DNA from: an uncultured bacterium | Lineage (GTDB): Bacteria > Krumholzibacteriota > Krumholzibacteriia > LZORAL124-64-63 | Assembly (NCBI GenBank): GCA_963732385.1 | Contig: CAVSZB010000003.1 | Coordinates: 160,001 to 224,000, forward strand | Direction: 5' to 3' | Length of the DNA: 64,000 nt | Part shown: positions 19,546 to 30,200 of the stretch, in pieces | Numbering within the stretch: the stretch's first letter is position 1 | Layout of the letters: the number at the start of each line of letters is the position of its first letter | Position numbers and translations under genes: made by a program | The notes under the pieces: generated by a model | What the model was told of the DNA's origin: nothing | The model's database searches: none | Seen by the model: only the letters and a program-made list of their open reading frames with translations

Positions 19546-20019
19546 ATGCGGCAGTATTTCGCCAATATCCGGCACGCGCTGCTCTCGACGCTGCAGGGAA
19601 TGGGCATCACCATCAAGCATGTGGTGAAGAAGCCGGTCACCCTGCAGTATCCGGACGAGCGCTGGGTGTTGCCCGAGCGTTTCCGCGGCTTCGTCCACCT
19701 TGATACCAACCGCTGCAACGCCTGCCTGCAGTGCGCCCGAGCCTGTCCGGTCTCCTGCATCTACATCGAGACTGCGGGCAAGGGCGTCGACCGGTACATG
19801 ACCCGCTACGCCGTGGATTTCAACAAGTGCATCTGGTGCGGTCTCTGCACCGAGCCGTGCCCGACCGACGCGGTCACCATGAGTCACGACTACGATCACG
19901 CGCTTTATTTCCGGCAGAAGCTGGTATACGAGTTCGTCTCGCCCGAGCGCCCAATCCCGACGCACAAGCAGAAGCGCGCGGAGCTCGGGATGTTCGTTGA
20001 AGAGGAGGAACACGAGTGA
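19546..20019 (+). CDS. nuoI: NADH-quinone oxidoreductase subunit I
   Basis: 'VTLQYP', two CxxCxxCxxxCP ferredoxin motifs. Confidence 0.95.
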   Translation: MRQYFANIRHALLSTLQGMGITIKHVVKKPVTLQYPDERWVLPERFRGFVHLDTNRCNACLQCARACPVSCIYIETAGKGVDRYMTRYAVDFNKCIWCGLCTEPCPTDAVTMSHDYDHALYFRQKLVYEFVSPERPIPTHKQKRAELGMFVEEEEHE

Positions 20020-20573
20020 CCGGCGACCTCGTCTTCTACGCGTTCGCCCTGCTGATCGTGCTGTCGGCCTTCTGCGTCGTGTTCAGCCGCAACATCGTGC
20101 ATGCCGGCTTCAGCCTGTTGTTCACGCTGTTCGGGGTGGCCGGACTGTACGCTCTGCTCGGCGCCGACTTTCTGGCCGTGACGCAGGTGATCGTCTACAT
20201 CGGCGGCATCCTGGTGCTCGTGCTGTTCACCGTGATGATGACGCGCATCCCGCGCGCCGGCTCCGGCGGCCGCGGTCTCGACCGCTTCGTGCCGGCCGGC
20301 ATCTTCGCGCTGATGCTCTTCGCGCTGCTCTACAAGGTGATTACCGGCACGACGTGGGCCGCGCGCGCGCCGGAGGCGGCTCAGGGCACTACCGCGCGCC
20401 TGGGCGCCCAATTCCTGACCCGCTTCGTCTTTCCGTTCGAATTCGTGTCGATCGTTCTGCTCGTCGCCATGATCGGCGCGGCGATCCTGATCCGTGAGCC
20501 GCGGCGCCAGGACCCGGCCGGTCTTGCCGGCGATGCCGGCGGCGACACAGCCGACAAGGAGGTGCGGTCGTGA
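20016..20573 (+). CDS. nuoJ: NADH-quinone oxidoreductase subunit J
   Basis: 'ADFLAVTQVIVYIGGILVL', 'PFEFVSIVLLVAMIGA'. Confidence 0.93.
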   Translation: MTGDLVFYAFALLIVLSAFCVVFSRNIVHAGFSLLFTLFGVAGLYALLGADFLAVTQVIVYIGGILVLVLFTVMMTRIPRAGSGGRGLDRFVPAGIFALMLFALLYKVITGTTWAARAPEAAQGTTARLGAQFLTRFVFPFEFVSIVLLVAMIGAAILIREPRRQDPAGLAGDAGGDTADKEVRS

Positions 20574-20878
20574 ACGTCGGCCTGGAGCACTTCCTCACTG
20601 TCGGCGCGGTGCTGTTCGGCCTGGGCGTCTTCGCCGTGATGACGCGGCGGAACGCGGTCGGGCTGCTGATGGGCGTGGAGCTGATTCTCAACGCCGCGAA
20701 CGTGAATTTCGTGGCCTTCGCGCGCTTCGTCGAGCACGGGCTGGACGGGCAGGTCGTGGCGGCCTTCGTGATCGTGCTGGCGGCCGCGGAGGCCGCGGTG
20801 GCGCTGGCCATCGTGCTCGCGATGTTCCGCAACTTCGGTACCGTGCACGTGGACGCCGCCAGCCGGTTGCAGCGATAG
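20570..20878 (+). CDS. nuoK: NADH-quinone oxidoreductase subunit K
   Basis: 'RRNAVGLLMGVELILNAANVN', 'AAAEAAVALAI'. Confidence 0.95.
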   Translation: MNVGLEHFLTVGAVLFGLGVFAVMTRRNAVGLLMGVELILNAANVNFVAFARFVEHGLDGQVVAAFVIVLAAAEAAVALAIVLAMFRNFGTVHVDAASRLQR

Positions 20879-20942
20879 CGCCGGACGCGCCGCGTCGGCG
20901 CGCCGCGCCGGGCCCGCGGCCCGAAGGGGGAGCGCAGAAACG

Positions 20943-23120
20943 ATGACCGACACCGCCGTCCTGCAGACCGCCCTGACGATCCTGCTGCTGCCGATCGTCT
21001 CCTACGCCATCCTGTTCTTCCTGGGCCGCCGGCTGCCGCGGCAGGGGGACTGGCTCGGCGTGGGGCTGCTGGGCATCGCCTGGTTGCTGGCGCTGCGCAT
21101 TTTCTTCCACTTCTGGGGGCTGAACGACCCGGGGTACCGCGTCGAGGGGGTCTGGCGCTGGCTCGACCTCGGGGCTTTCCGCATCGACGCCGGCATCCTG
21201 GTCGACGGCATGACCGCCGTGATGCTGGTAGTGGTGACGACCGTCAGCTTCCTGGTCCACCTGTTCTCCACCGGATACATGCAGGGCGAGAAGCGCTATG
21301 AGCGGTACTTCGCGTTCCTGGGCTTCTTCACGTTCGCCATGCTCGGCATCGTACTGTCGAACAGCCTCTTCTTCCTGTACGTGTTCTGGGAACTGGTCGG
21401 CCTGGCCAGCTACCTGCTGATCGGCTTCTTCTTCTTCAAGCCGTCGGCCGCGGCCGCGAACAAGAAGGCGTTCCTGACCAACCGGGTGGGAGACTTCGGC
21501 TTCTTCTTCGGGATCCTGGCCCTCTTCACGGCGTGCGGGACGTTCAACTACCTCGAACTGTTCACGAAGGTGAGCCAGGGCGCTTTGACCGGCAGCGTGC
21601 TGACCTGGGCCGGCATCGGCCTGTTCATGGGCTGCGTCGGCAAGTCCGCCCAGGCGCCCCTGCACATCTGGCTGCCCGACGCCATGGAGGGCCCGACCCC
21701 GGTCAGCGCCCTCATCCACGCCGCCACGATGGTCGCCGCGGGCGTCTACATGGTGGCGCGCCTGCTGCCGCTGTTCGACCCGAACGCCCTGCTCGTCGTG
21801 GCTTACGTCGGTGCGATCACCGCTTTCCTCGCCGCGACCATCGCCATGGTGAAGACCGACATCAAGAAGTCGCTCGCCTACTCCACCATCAGCCAGCTCG
21901 GCTACATGGTGATGGCGATCGGGGTCGGCGGCGCGGCCGCGGGCATGTTCCATCTGACGACGCACGCCTTCTTCAAAGCGCTCCTTTTCCTCGGCGCCGG
22001 CTCGGTCATCCACGCCGTGCACACGCAGGAGATGCCCGAGATGGGCGGCCTGCGGCACAAGATGCCGATCACGTTCTGGACGTTCCTCATCGCCACGCTG
22101 GCGATCTCCGGCGTGCCCCTGTTTGCGGGCTTCTACAGCAAGGACGCCATTCTCGGCTCGGCGCTCGCCTTCGCCATGCTCAGCCCGGCGCACTTCCTGC
22201 CGTTTGCGCTGGCGCTGGCCGCGGCGGGCCTGACGGCTTTCTACATGTTCCGCATGGTGTTCCTCACCTTCACCGGCAAGCCGCGCGACCACCACAAATA
22301 CGAGCACGCGCACGAATCGCCCTGGGTGATAACGGCGCCCCTGGTGATGCTGGCGTTCCTGTCCGTGGTGAGCGCCGGCTGGCGCGGTCCGGCGGACGGC
22401 TGGTTCGCGCGCTTCGTCGGTCCGTATGACCTGGCCCGGATCGCGGCGGATCATGGCGGGCCGACAGCGTCGGCGCCGATCATGGTGGCGGCCCACGAGA
22501 CGGAAGCCGCGACGGAGCCGGCTGAAGCGGACGCCGGGGAGGCGCACGGCGAACCGGCGCATGCCGAGCCCCACGCCGCGGGGGACGGCGCGCACGCGGC
22601 GCCGGCCGGCGGCCACGGCGCCGTGGCGGGCCACGACGCGCACGTCGAGCACGTGCACCATGTGGCGCACCGGCTCGCCATGTATTTGTCGATCCTGGTG
22701 GCCGGCGCCGGCATCGGGTTGTCGTGGCTGACGTACCAGAAGGGGCGCATCAGCGCGCCGGCGATCCTGGCCCGGCTGCCGCGCCTGCACCATGTCCTGC
22801 AGAACATGTATTTCTTCGACCAATTCTACGCCGCCACGGTCTATCGCGGCACGCTCGGCTGGAGCCGGCTGTGCGGGTGGTTCGACCTGACGGTGGTTGA
22901 CGGTATCGTGAACGGTTGTGGCTATCTGACGCGCTTCACGAGCTGGGTCGTGGGCCTGTTCGATCTGCGCGGGGTCGACGGCTTCGTGAACGGCATCGCC
23001 TGGGTTCTGCAGGGGACGGGCGAGGGCTTCCGGCGCGTACAGACCGGCCGGGTGCAGACCTATCTGGTGTTCGTCTGCTTCTCGGTCGTGCTTCTGATTT
23101 TTGTCTTCAGGGCCCTGTAA
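20943..23120 (+). CDS. nuoL: NADH-quinone oxidoreductase subunit L
   Basis: 'WELVGLASYLLIGF', 'NRVGDFG', 'GKSAQAPLHIWLPDAMEGPTPVSALIHAATMV', 'HAFFKALLFL'. Confidence 0.95.
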   Translation: MTDTAVLQTALTILLLPIVSYAILFFLGRRLPRQGDWLGVGLLGIAWLLALRIFFHFWGLNDPGYRVEGVWRWLDLGAFRIDAGILVDGMTAVMLVVVTTVSFLVHLFSTGYMQGEKRYERYFAFLGFFTFAMLGIVLSNSLFFLYVFWELVGLASYLLIGFFFFKPSAAAANKKAFLTNRVGDFGFFFGILALFTACGTFNYLELFTKVSQGALTGSVLTWAGIGLFMGCVGKSAQAPLHIWLPDAMEGPTPVSALIHAATMVAAGVYMVARLLPLFDPNALLVVAYVGAITAFLAATIAMVKTDIKKSLAYSTISQLGYMVMAIGVGGAAAGMFHLTTHAFFKALLFLGAGSVIHAVHTQEMPEMGGLRHKMPITFWTFLIATLAISGVPLFAGFYSKDAILGSALAFAMLSPAHFLPFALALAAAGLTAFYMFRMVFLTFTGKPRDHHKYEHAHESPWVITAPLVMLAFLSVVSAGWRGPADGWFARFVGPYDLARIAADHGGPTASAPIMVAAHETEAATEPAEADAGEAHGEPAHAEPHAAGDGAHAAPAGGHGAVAGHDAHVEHVHHVAHRLAMYLSILVAGAGIGLSWLTYQKGRISAPAILARLPRLHHVLQNMYFFDQFYAATVYRGTLGWSRLCGWFDLTVVDGIVNGCGYLTRFTSWVVGLFDLRGVDGFVNGIAWVLQGTGEGFRRVQTGRVQTYLVFVCFSVVLLIFVFRAL

Positions 23121-23150
23121 GAGGGCGGCAACTCGAGAGGAGCGGCACGC

Positions 23151-24647
23151 ATGGGTGAGCACGTGTTGTCCTGGATGACCTTCTTCCCCCTCCTCGGGGC
23201 GGCGGTGATCGCCTTCCTGCCCCGCGAGCGGAAGACGCTCATCAAGTACGTGGCGGCTGCGGCCACGGCCGTGCCGCTGCTGCTGGGCGTCCAGGTCTTC
23301 ATCGGCTTCGATCGCGGCACGGCGGCGATGCAGCTGGTGGAGAAAGCGGCCTGGATCCCGCCGTTCAACATCGAGTACTTCATGGGCGTCGATGGCCTGA
23401 GCGTGCCGATGGTGCTGCTGACGGCGCTGCTCTCGTTCATCTGCGTGATCGCCTCGTGGGGCATCGACAAGGCGCCCAAGGGCTATTTCTCGCTTTTCCT
23501 GCTGCTCGAGACCGGCATGATGGGCGTCTTCTGCGCGCTCGACTTCTTCCTCTTCTACATGTTCTGGGAAGTCATGCTTCTGCCGATGTACTTTCTCATC
23601 GGCATCTGGGGCGGGCCGCGCAAGGAATACGCCGCGATCAAGTTCTTCCTCTACACGCTCTCCGGTTCCGTGCTGATGCTGTTGGCGATGCTGGCGCTGT
23701 ACTTCAACGTGAAGGACCCCGCCACCGGAGGCCACACCTTCAACATGCTGCACATGATGAGCCAGGCCAACCACTCGCCCTGGCTGCTCGGAGGCCACGT
23801 GCGGCACCTCGTCTGGATGGCGCTGTTCATCGGTTTCGCCATCAAGGTGCCGATCTTCCCGTTCCACACCTGGCTGCCCGACGCCCACGTCGAGGCGCCG
23901 ACCGCCGTGTCGGTCATCCTGGCTGGCGTGCTGCTGAAGATGGGCACCTACGGCATTTTGCGGATCAGCTATCCGATGTTGCCGGACGCCGCGCGCTGGT
24001 TCGCGCTGCCGCTGGCGGTGCTGGGGATGATCAACATCATCTACGGCGCCTTCTGCGCCATGGCGCAAAGCGACATGAAGAAGCTGGTGGCCTATTCATC
24101 GATCAGCCATATGGGCTACGTGCTGCTCGGCATGGCGGCCTTCACGACGCAGGGCATCAACGGCGCCGTATTCCAGATGTTCAATCACGGCACGATCACC
24201 GCCATGCTGTTCCTCGGCGTCGGCGTGATCTACGACCGGGCGCATCATCGCCGGATCGACGGCTTCGGAGGCCTGATGCAGCAGATGCCGGTCTACGGCA
24301 GCGTCTTCTCGTTCGCCCTGTTCGCGGCGCTCGGCCTGCCGGGCCTGTCGGGATTCATCAGTGAGGCGCTGGTCTTCATGGGCGCCTTCCAGACGTTCCC
24401 CGTGATCACGATCATCAGCGGGCTCGGCATCGTCATCGGCGCGGCCTACGTGCTGTGGCTGTTGCAGCGGGTCTTCCTGGGCGAGAAGAATCCCCAGTAC
24501 GACAACCTGCCCGACATCAGCGCGCGCGAACTGGTGACGCTGGTGCCGATCGGCCTGATCGTCCTGCTGCTGGGCGTGTTCCCGATGCCGGTGTTGAATC
24601 TGATGAAGGTGACGTTGAACAACCTGATCACCGTCGTGGCCAACTGA
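23151..24647 (+). CDS. nuoM: NADH-quinone oxidoreductase subunit M
   Basis: 'FWEVMLLPMYFLIGIWG', 'KVPIFPFHTWLPDAHVEAPT', 'KKLVAYSSISHMG'. Confidence 0.95.
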   Translation: MGEHVLSWMTFFPLLGAAVIAFLPRERKTLIKYVAAAATAVPLLLGVQVFIGFDRGTAAMQLVEKAAWIPPFNIEYFMGVDGLSVPMVLLTALLSFICVIASWGIDKAPKGYFSLFLLLETGMMGVFCALDFFLFYMFWEVMLLPMYFLIGIWGGPRKEYAAIKFFLYTLSGSVLMLLAMLALYFNVKDPATGGHTFNMLHMMSQANHSPWLLGGHVRHLVWMALFIGFAIKVPIFPFHTWLPDAHVEAPTAVSVILAGVLLKMGTYGILRISYPMLPDAARWFALPLAVLGMINIIYGAFCAMAQSDMKKLVAYSSISHMGYVLLGMAAFTTQGINGAVFQMFNHGTITAMLFLGVGVIYDRAHHRRIDGFGGLMQQMPVYGSVFSFALFAALGLPGLSGFISEALVFMGAFQTFPVITIISGLGIVIGAAYVLWLLQRVFLGEKNPQYDNLPDISARELVTLVPIGLIVLLLGVFPMPVLNLMKVTLNNLITVVAN

Positions 24648-24675
24648 CCGGCCTCGCGCCAAGGAGGCGCCGCCC

Positions 24676-26181
24676 TTGACGCCGATTGCCCTGATCGCAC
24701 CGAGCTGGGGGGACCTGAGGCATTTTCTGCCCGAGACCGTCCTCGCGGCCACGTTCCTGCTGGCGCTGCTCGCCGACCTGGTCGTGCGGGGCCGTCGTCC
24801 GGCCGTGTCGTTCACCGTATCCCTGGCCGGCTGCCTGCTGGCGCTCGCGCTTGGCGTGGCCGGCCTGCCGGATCGCGCCCACGCCGTTCTCGGCTCATCG
24901 ATCGTCGTGGACGGGCTGGCCGGGTTCTTCCGCATACTGTTCGCCGGCGTGGCTGTCGTGACGATCCTGTTCTCCTGGGCCAGCGAGGAGATCATGGGTC
25001 GGCGCCGCGAGAACAAGGGCGAGTTCTACGCCCTGGTCGCGCTGATGACCTTCGGCATGTGCGTGATGGCCGAGGCGCGCGATCTGGTCATGCTTTACCT
25101 GTCCCTTGAGCTGACAAGCCTCACCAGCTACGTGATGGCCGGCTACATGCGCACCAGCCTCCGCTCGACCGAAGCGTCGTTGAAGTACGTCATTTTCGGC
25201 GCGGTCTCGTCGGGCATCATGCTCTACGGCCTTTCGCTTCTCTATGGCCTGACCGGCGCGGTGACGTTCGAGGGCATTCGCACGGCGCTGGTGGCCGGCC
25301 GCGCGGACAATTTTGCATTGCTCGTGGTGTTGGTTCTGGTCATGGTCGGCATGGGCTACAAAATCGCCGCGGTGCCGTTCCACTTCTGGTGTCCCGACGT
25401 CTACGAAGGGGCGCCGACGCCAGTGGCGGCCCTCTTTTCCGTGGGCCCGAAGGCGGCCGGCTTCGCGCTGATGATCCGCTTCTTCTACTCGACGCTGCTC
25501 GCCCCGAACGTTGGCGCGGCGCCCGGCGCGCTGGTCGGTCCGACCGACTGGCCGCTGCTCATCGCGGTGCTCTCGGTGGTGACGATGACCTACGGAAATC
25601 TCGTGGCGCTGCGCCAGACCAACGTCAAAAGGCTGCTCGCCTACTCCAGCATCGCCCACGTGGGCTATCTGCTGATGGGCTTTTTGATGCTTACGCGCGG
25701 CGGCCTGCAGGCGATCCTGTTCTATCTGCTGGTCTACGCGATCATGAATCTCGGCGCCTTCCTCTTCGTGATCGCGCTCAACAACCGCCTGCACAGCGAG
25801 GAGATCGACGACTACGCCGGACTCGGCTCGCGCGCCCCCGCGGCGGCGATCATGATGACGATCTTCCTCTTTTCGCTGACCGGCCTGCCGCCCACCGCCG
25901 GCTTCATCGGGAAGTTCTACCTTTTCGCCGAAGTGGTGAACCGCCACTACTTCTGGCTCGCGGTGATCGGCGCCCTCAACAGCGTGGTAAGCCTTTTCTA
26001 CTATATGAAAATCGTCAGGGCGATGTACTTCGCGCCCGGGTCGGGGGAGGAGATCCGTCTCGCGCCACTGCATTTGGCCGTGCTCGGACTGCTGGCGGCG
26101 CCGACCCTGCTGCTTGGCGTCTACTGGACGCCCCTGAAGGCACTGGCCGACCGGGCCATCGCCGCTTTTTCCCTGGGCTAG
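24676..26181 (+). CDS. nuoN: NADH-quinone oxidoreductase subunit N
   Basis: 'EASLKY', 'KIAAVPFHFWCPDVYEGAPTP', 'KRLLAYSSIAHVG', 'SLTGLPPTAGFIGK'. Confidence 0.95.
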   Translation: MTPIALIAPSWGDLRHFLPETVLAATFLLALLADLVVRGRRPAVSFTVSLAGCLLALALGVAGLPDRAHAVLGSSIVVDGLAGFFRILFAGVAVVTILFSWASEEIMGRRRENKGEFYALVALMTFGMCVMAEARDLVMLYLSLELTSLTSYVMAGYMRTSLRSTEASLKYVIFGAVSSGIMLYGLSLLYGLTGAVTFEGIRTALVAGRADNFALLVVLVLVMVGMGYKIAAVPFHFWCPDVYEGAPTPVAALFSVGPKAAGFALMIRFFYSTLLAPNVGAAPGALVGPTDWPLLIAVLSVVTMTYGNLVALRQTNVKRLLAYSSIAHVGYLLMGFLMLTRGGLQAILFYLLVYAIMNLGAFLFVIALNNRLHSEEIDDYAGLGSRAPAAAIMMTIFLFSLTGLPPTAGFIGKFYLFAEVVNRHYFWLAVIGALNSVVSLFYYMKIVRAMYFAPGSGEEIRLAPLHLAVLGLLAAPTLLLGVYWTPLKALADRAIAAFSLG

Positions 26182-26348
26182 GCGGCGCCCGGGAGCGTTT
26201 CTGCGGTTAGGTTGCGGCGGGATGGCACAACATGCGATCCCGCCGTTCCATGTCCGGCGGACGACGCGGGGGAAGCGGCGGATCCGGCCGTTCTGTGGCA
26301 TATTACTGATTGGTATTTGGGAGAGTCGGCCAGTCCGGGGAGGATCCC

Positions 26349-27155
26349 ATGCGATTGAGCGTACTGTTTCCACTGCTGTCGGTGTGCCTGTTCGCTTCAT
26401 CCTGCGCCACGGTGCCGATCACCGGACGACGGCAGCTCAGCCTGGTCCCCGAGTCGCAGATGATGGCCACGAGCTACCAGCAGTACGACGAGTTCATCAA
26501 GAGCAACCAGCTCAGCACCGACACCCGCCAGACCGCCCTGGTGCAGGGCGTCGGCCGGCGTGTCCAGGGGGCCGTCGAACAGTACTTCGCCCGGCAGGGA
26601 CAGACGCAGCGCCTGGCTGACTATCGCTGGGAGTTCAACCTCGTGGAGAGTCCGGAGGTGAACGCCTGGTGCATGCCGGGCGGCAAGGTGGTCGTCTATT
26701 CAGGACTGTTGCCGGTGGCGCAGAACGAGGCGGGTCTGGCCGTGGTCGTGGGCCATGAGATCGCGCACGCCATCGCCGACCATGGCGGCGAGCGCATGAG
26801 CCAGCAGCTTCTGGCACAGTTCGGCGGCCTGGCGCTCGACACGGCGCTGCAGAGCCGCCCCGACCAGACCCGCCAGCTCTGGATGGGCGTTTACGGCGCC
26901 GGAGCCCAGTACGGCGTACTGATGCCGTTCAGCCGGCAGCAGGAGAGTGAAGCGGACCGCCTCGGCCTTATCTTCATGGCCATGGCCGGCTACGACCCGC
27001 AAGAGGCGGTCACGTTCTGGACCCGCATGGCTGCGGCATCCGGCGGCCAGAAGCCGCCCGAATTCATGAGCACGCATCCGTCGGACGCAACGCGGATCGC
27101 CAACCTGAACAAGCTGCTGCCGGAGGCGACCGGGTACTTCCAGCAAAAGCCGTGA
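26349..27155 (+). CDS. M48 family metallopeptidase lipoprotein (Oma1/LoiP-like)
   Basis: GGAGG RBS; lipobox 'ASSC'; 'NAWCMPGG', 'HEIAH', 'ESEAD', 'STHPS'. Confidence 0.93.
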   Translation: MRLSVLFPLLSVCLFASSCATVPITGRRQLSLVPESQMMATSYQQYDEFIKSNQLSTDTRQTALVQGVGRRVQGAVEQYFARQGQTQRLADYRWEFNLVESPEVNAWCMPGGKVVVYSGLLPVAQNEAGLAVVVGHEIAHAIADHGGERMSQQLLAQFGGLALDTALQSRPDQTRQLWMGVYGAGAQYGVLMPFSRQQESEADRLGLIFMAMAGYDPQEAVTFWTRMAAASGGQKPPEFMSTHPSDATRIANLNKLLPEATGYFQQKP

Positions 27156-27194
27156 GAGAATTTCAGGCATCCGGATGTAGGCGTTCATAAGGGA

Positions 27195-27259
27195 CGCACC
27201 AACAGAAGCGGCCCCCCCGTGCGGGGGGGCCGCTCCCTTCAGACTCGGCCGTGAAGCAA
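27195..27259. repeat. ~65-bp direct repeat, copy 1 of 4 (others at ~31048-31112, 36493-36556, 40450-40514), containing a minus-strand intrinsic terminator
   Basis: CGCACCAACAGAAGCGGCCCCCCCGTGCGGGGGGGCCGCTCCCTTCAGACTCGGCCGTGAAGCAA; 12-bp stem 27207-27234 followed by TCTGTT on the minus strand. Confidence 0.9.
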
Positions 27260-27264
27260 CCGGA

Positions 27265-30200
27265 TTACTTCACCAGCGTCATCTTCTCCATCTTCTCGTA
27301 GCTGCCGGCCTTCAGGCTGTAGAAGTACACGCCCGAGGAGACCGACTGACCGGTGGAGTTGCGGCCGTCCCAGATCACGGAGTGCGTCGTCGCATCCATG
27401 TTCTCGTTCAGCAGCGTCTTCACCAGTTCGCCGCGCACGTTGTAGATCTTCAGCTCAACCTGGCTCTTGGCCGGCAGGGTGAACTCGATCTTCGTGCTCG
27501 GGTTGAACGGGTTCGGGAAGTTCCTGGCCGTGAATACTGCCTCGGGCGTCACGCCCACTGCAGCCCCGCCAGGCAAATGACCGAAGAAGGCCAGAACGTC
27601 CTGCAAAATCTGGGTACGGACCGGGAGCCCGCCGGTCGGGGCGCCGTTCCAGATGTAGCTCAGGTCGTAGGGCATGAAAACGACGCGGGCCGTGTTCGCC
27701 GTGACGTTGTTGTAGACCGCCGCCGCGTACGGGTAGACCCCGAGGGCGCCGGTCGGGCTGGTGAACTGGGCAATCCGGACCGCCGGAGCAACCACGGTGA
27801 TGGCGTCAAAGTCGTTGATGCCGCCCTCACAGCCACCCTGCACCATGTAGGGCTTGGTCAGCACCGGCGCGTCCGCCACGGTGATCGGGCTCACGTGTGG
27901 CGTCAGCTGGCCACCAATGAGCGGCGCGAGGTAGAAGTTGTTGTATGTGACCCCGAACCACTTGTCCCTGAAGGCAACCGCGTTGACGCCGGAGGCCGAC
28001 AGGTCCTGGATGATGTTATCGCCGGTGGCAAAGAAGTTCTTGCCGCCCTGCTGCAGCCAGGAATCCACCACGTAGATATCGTTGCCGGAATCCGCTTTCT
28101 TAATATCCCCGTTGGAGAGCGTAATAGAGCCCAGATTTCCGGGAGTGTAAAGCAACGTGTTGTAACCGGACATCTGCAGCGCGTTCGTCCGGCCGCCGAG
28201 GCCGTTGCCCAGGCCGGAGGACGGGCCGGCATTGCAGTAGATGTCATAGTCGATGCCCTGACGGAAGCCGAGATTGTCCAGGGCAGCGAACCACTCATCC
28301 TGGTTGGCGCGGTCCTGAGAATCGTCCCAGAACAGCAGGTGAGGCTGCCCAACGTCCTTCTCCGCCGTAATCAGCGTCGGCAGGGCGTCAATCTTGTAGA
28401 GTTCATAATAGCGGTACGAGTCGTAGTGCAGGTCGCCAGGGAAATAGGCGAAACCGGTGGTATCCCTGGGCATATGCGTGACACCGGGAACCCCGCCCAC
28501 GGAGTCCTCGGCTCTGAAGTAGTAATGGAAACTGTCGCCGGGGAAGAAGAACCCGGTGTCGGGCAGGTCGAATTGATAGAGGTTCGGCAAGCGGACTGGC
28601 GGAACGGACGTATTCCAGACCGTGTCGCCGACCACGGTGCCGTAGAGATAATTACCGTCCTGGGTAAAGCCGGCCGGAATGGCCGTACGGCAGGTGGAGT
28701 CGAACAGAGGATTCATCTTCATCTTGACGTGCATGGTGGGCCGACCGGTAAGCACAGCACCGTTGCGGACCGCCTTGACTGTCACGACGACAGAGTCGCC
28801 AATGTCGCTCTCGAGAGTGTCGATGTTCTGCGCGATGTCCACGCGCACGGAATTTTTGGTCAGATCCGCATAGTCGATTTCAGGATTTTCCGGCCAGCCG
28901 TCGTTGAACAGGTCCCAGGCACCCAACACCGTAATCGTGGGGCCATAGAAGGGGAAGGCGCACAGCATCACGTTGTCGAAATACGGTGCCGGCGTGTTAT
29001 CGTTGCCGAGATAATCATCGGGCCACGTCTCGTTCACGCCCAGCGAGATCTGGACCGCATTGCGGCCGGCGTTCAGCAGGGCGGTCACCGGAGTTGCATA
29101 CGGAAAGCGGCCATACGAGGCCAGGCCGCCGCCGTAGTACACGGTATTGAAATCCTTCCAGCCGCCGGGCCAGGTGAGCCCGCCGTCCATGGAGGTGCGG
29201 ATGCCAAAGAAGTAGAAGATCCCGTTGGAGAGCGGAAGGTGGGTGTAATTGTCCCAAGTGTAATTGGCGCCGTCGTAACCCCCATCAGCACCCCCGGGCC
29301 ATTCCATTACAGGGGACCAGACGTTGTTGTTGATCGCGTAAGTGTCGCCGGCGAGACCACCGGTCGTCGTCACGCCCCAGCCACCGGGGCCGTAGTTCCA
29401 GGTCGTGCACTGGGTGCCGCCCGTTCCGGGGACCACGATGCCATCGTCGATGAACGCCATTTGCGGTGTGCTGTTGGTGTTGCACTCGTCGGCGTCCCCC
29501 AGCAACGGCCACACCTTGTGGAATTCGCCGACATACGGCGGCTTGACGTTGACCCAGTGCACCGGATCGCCGGGCTGGAAAGTATCATAAGTCTGCCGCA
29601 CCTCTGCGTGCAGTTTGCCGAACAGCACCTCGATGTTGTCGAGCTGCGCGAGGCCATTGCTGGGCCAGAAGCAGTCGCCGTCGGACCAGCCGCCATCGGA
29701 AAAACCTAGCCAGCGCAGGTGGATCTCGTTGTTGAGGTCCCCGACGTAGCTGTCCGGTTCTACGGTGAAGGCCACTGCCACAGCCACGGCGACATTCACG
29801 CCGTCCCAGGCGCTCGTCGGTTTCGCCTGTTCCATAACGCCGAGCTTCTCGACCTGGAGAATCAGATAGTCGTAGCGCTTCTCGGAGTTGGAGTTGAAAA
29901 TCGCCCTCACGGTGACGTCCGTGGGCACGGTATTGTCCACGACCTGGCCGTACCAATCGAGCCAAAGGTTGTAGTTGTTGTCGTAGCCTTCGAGCGGATC
30001 CTCTGGACTGCAGGATCCGGAGAAAACCTCACCGCACCACATGGCGAGGTTGGCGGCGCCGAGTGGATCCAGGTTCGCGCAATTGTAGTCGGAGATGTGC
30101 CAGATGGCCGTCATGTTCGTATAGTCTTTGCCGGTCCACCCCTGGTCGTCCGCAACCCCCAAAGCAGTCTGGAACTTGCCGTCCAGCCGGGCCGGGCCGC

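Noticed and set aside
20688..24068. Long antisense and alternative-frame ORFs (also 5558-7591, 15765-17231, 18388-20013, 27382-29709, 37630-39504, 43566-45806, 59500-61836, 62366-63745)
   Set aside because: Shadow ORFs of well-supported genes in high-GC DNA, with no recognisable motifs.
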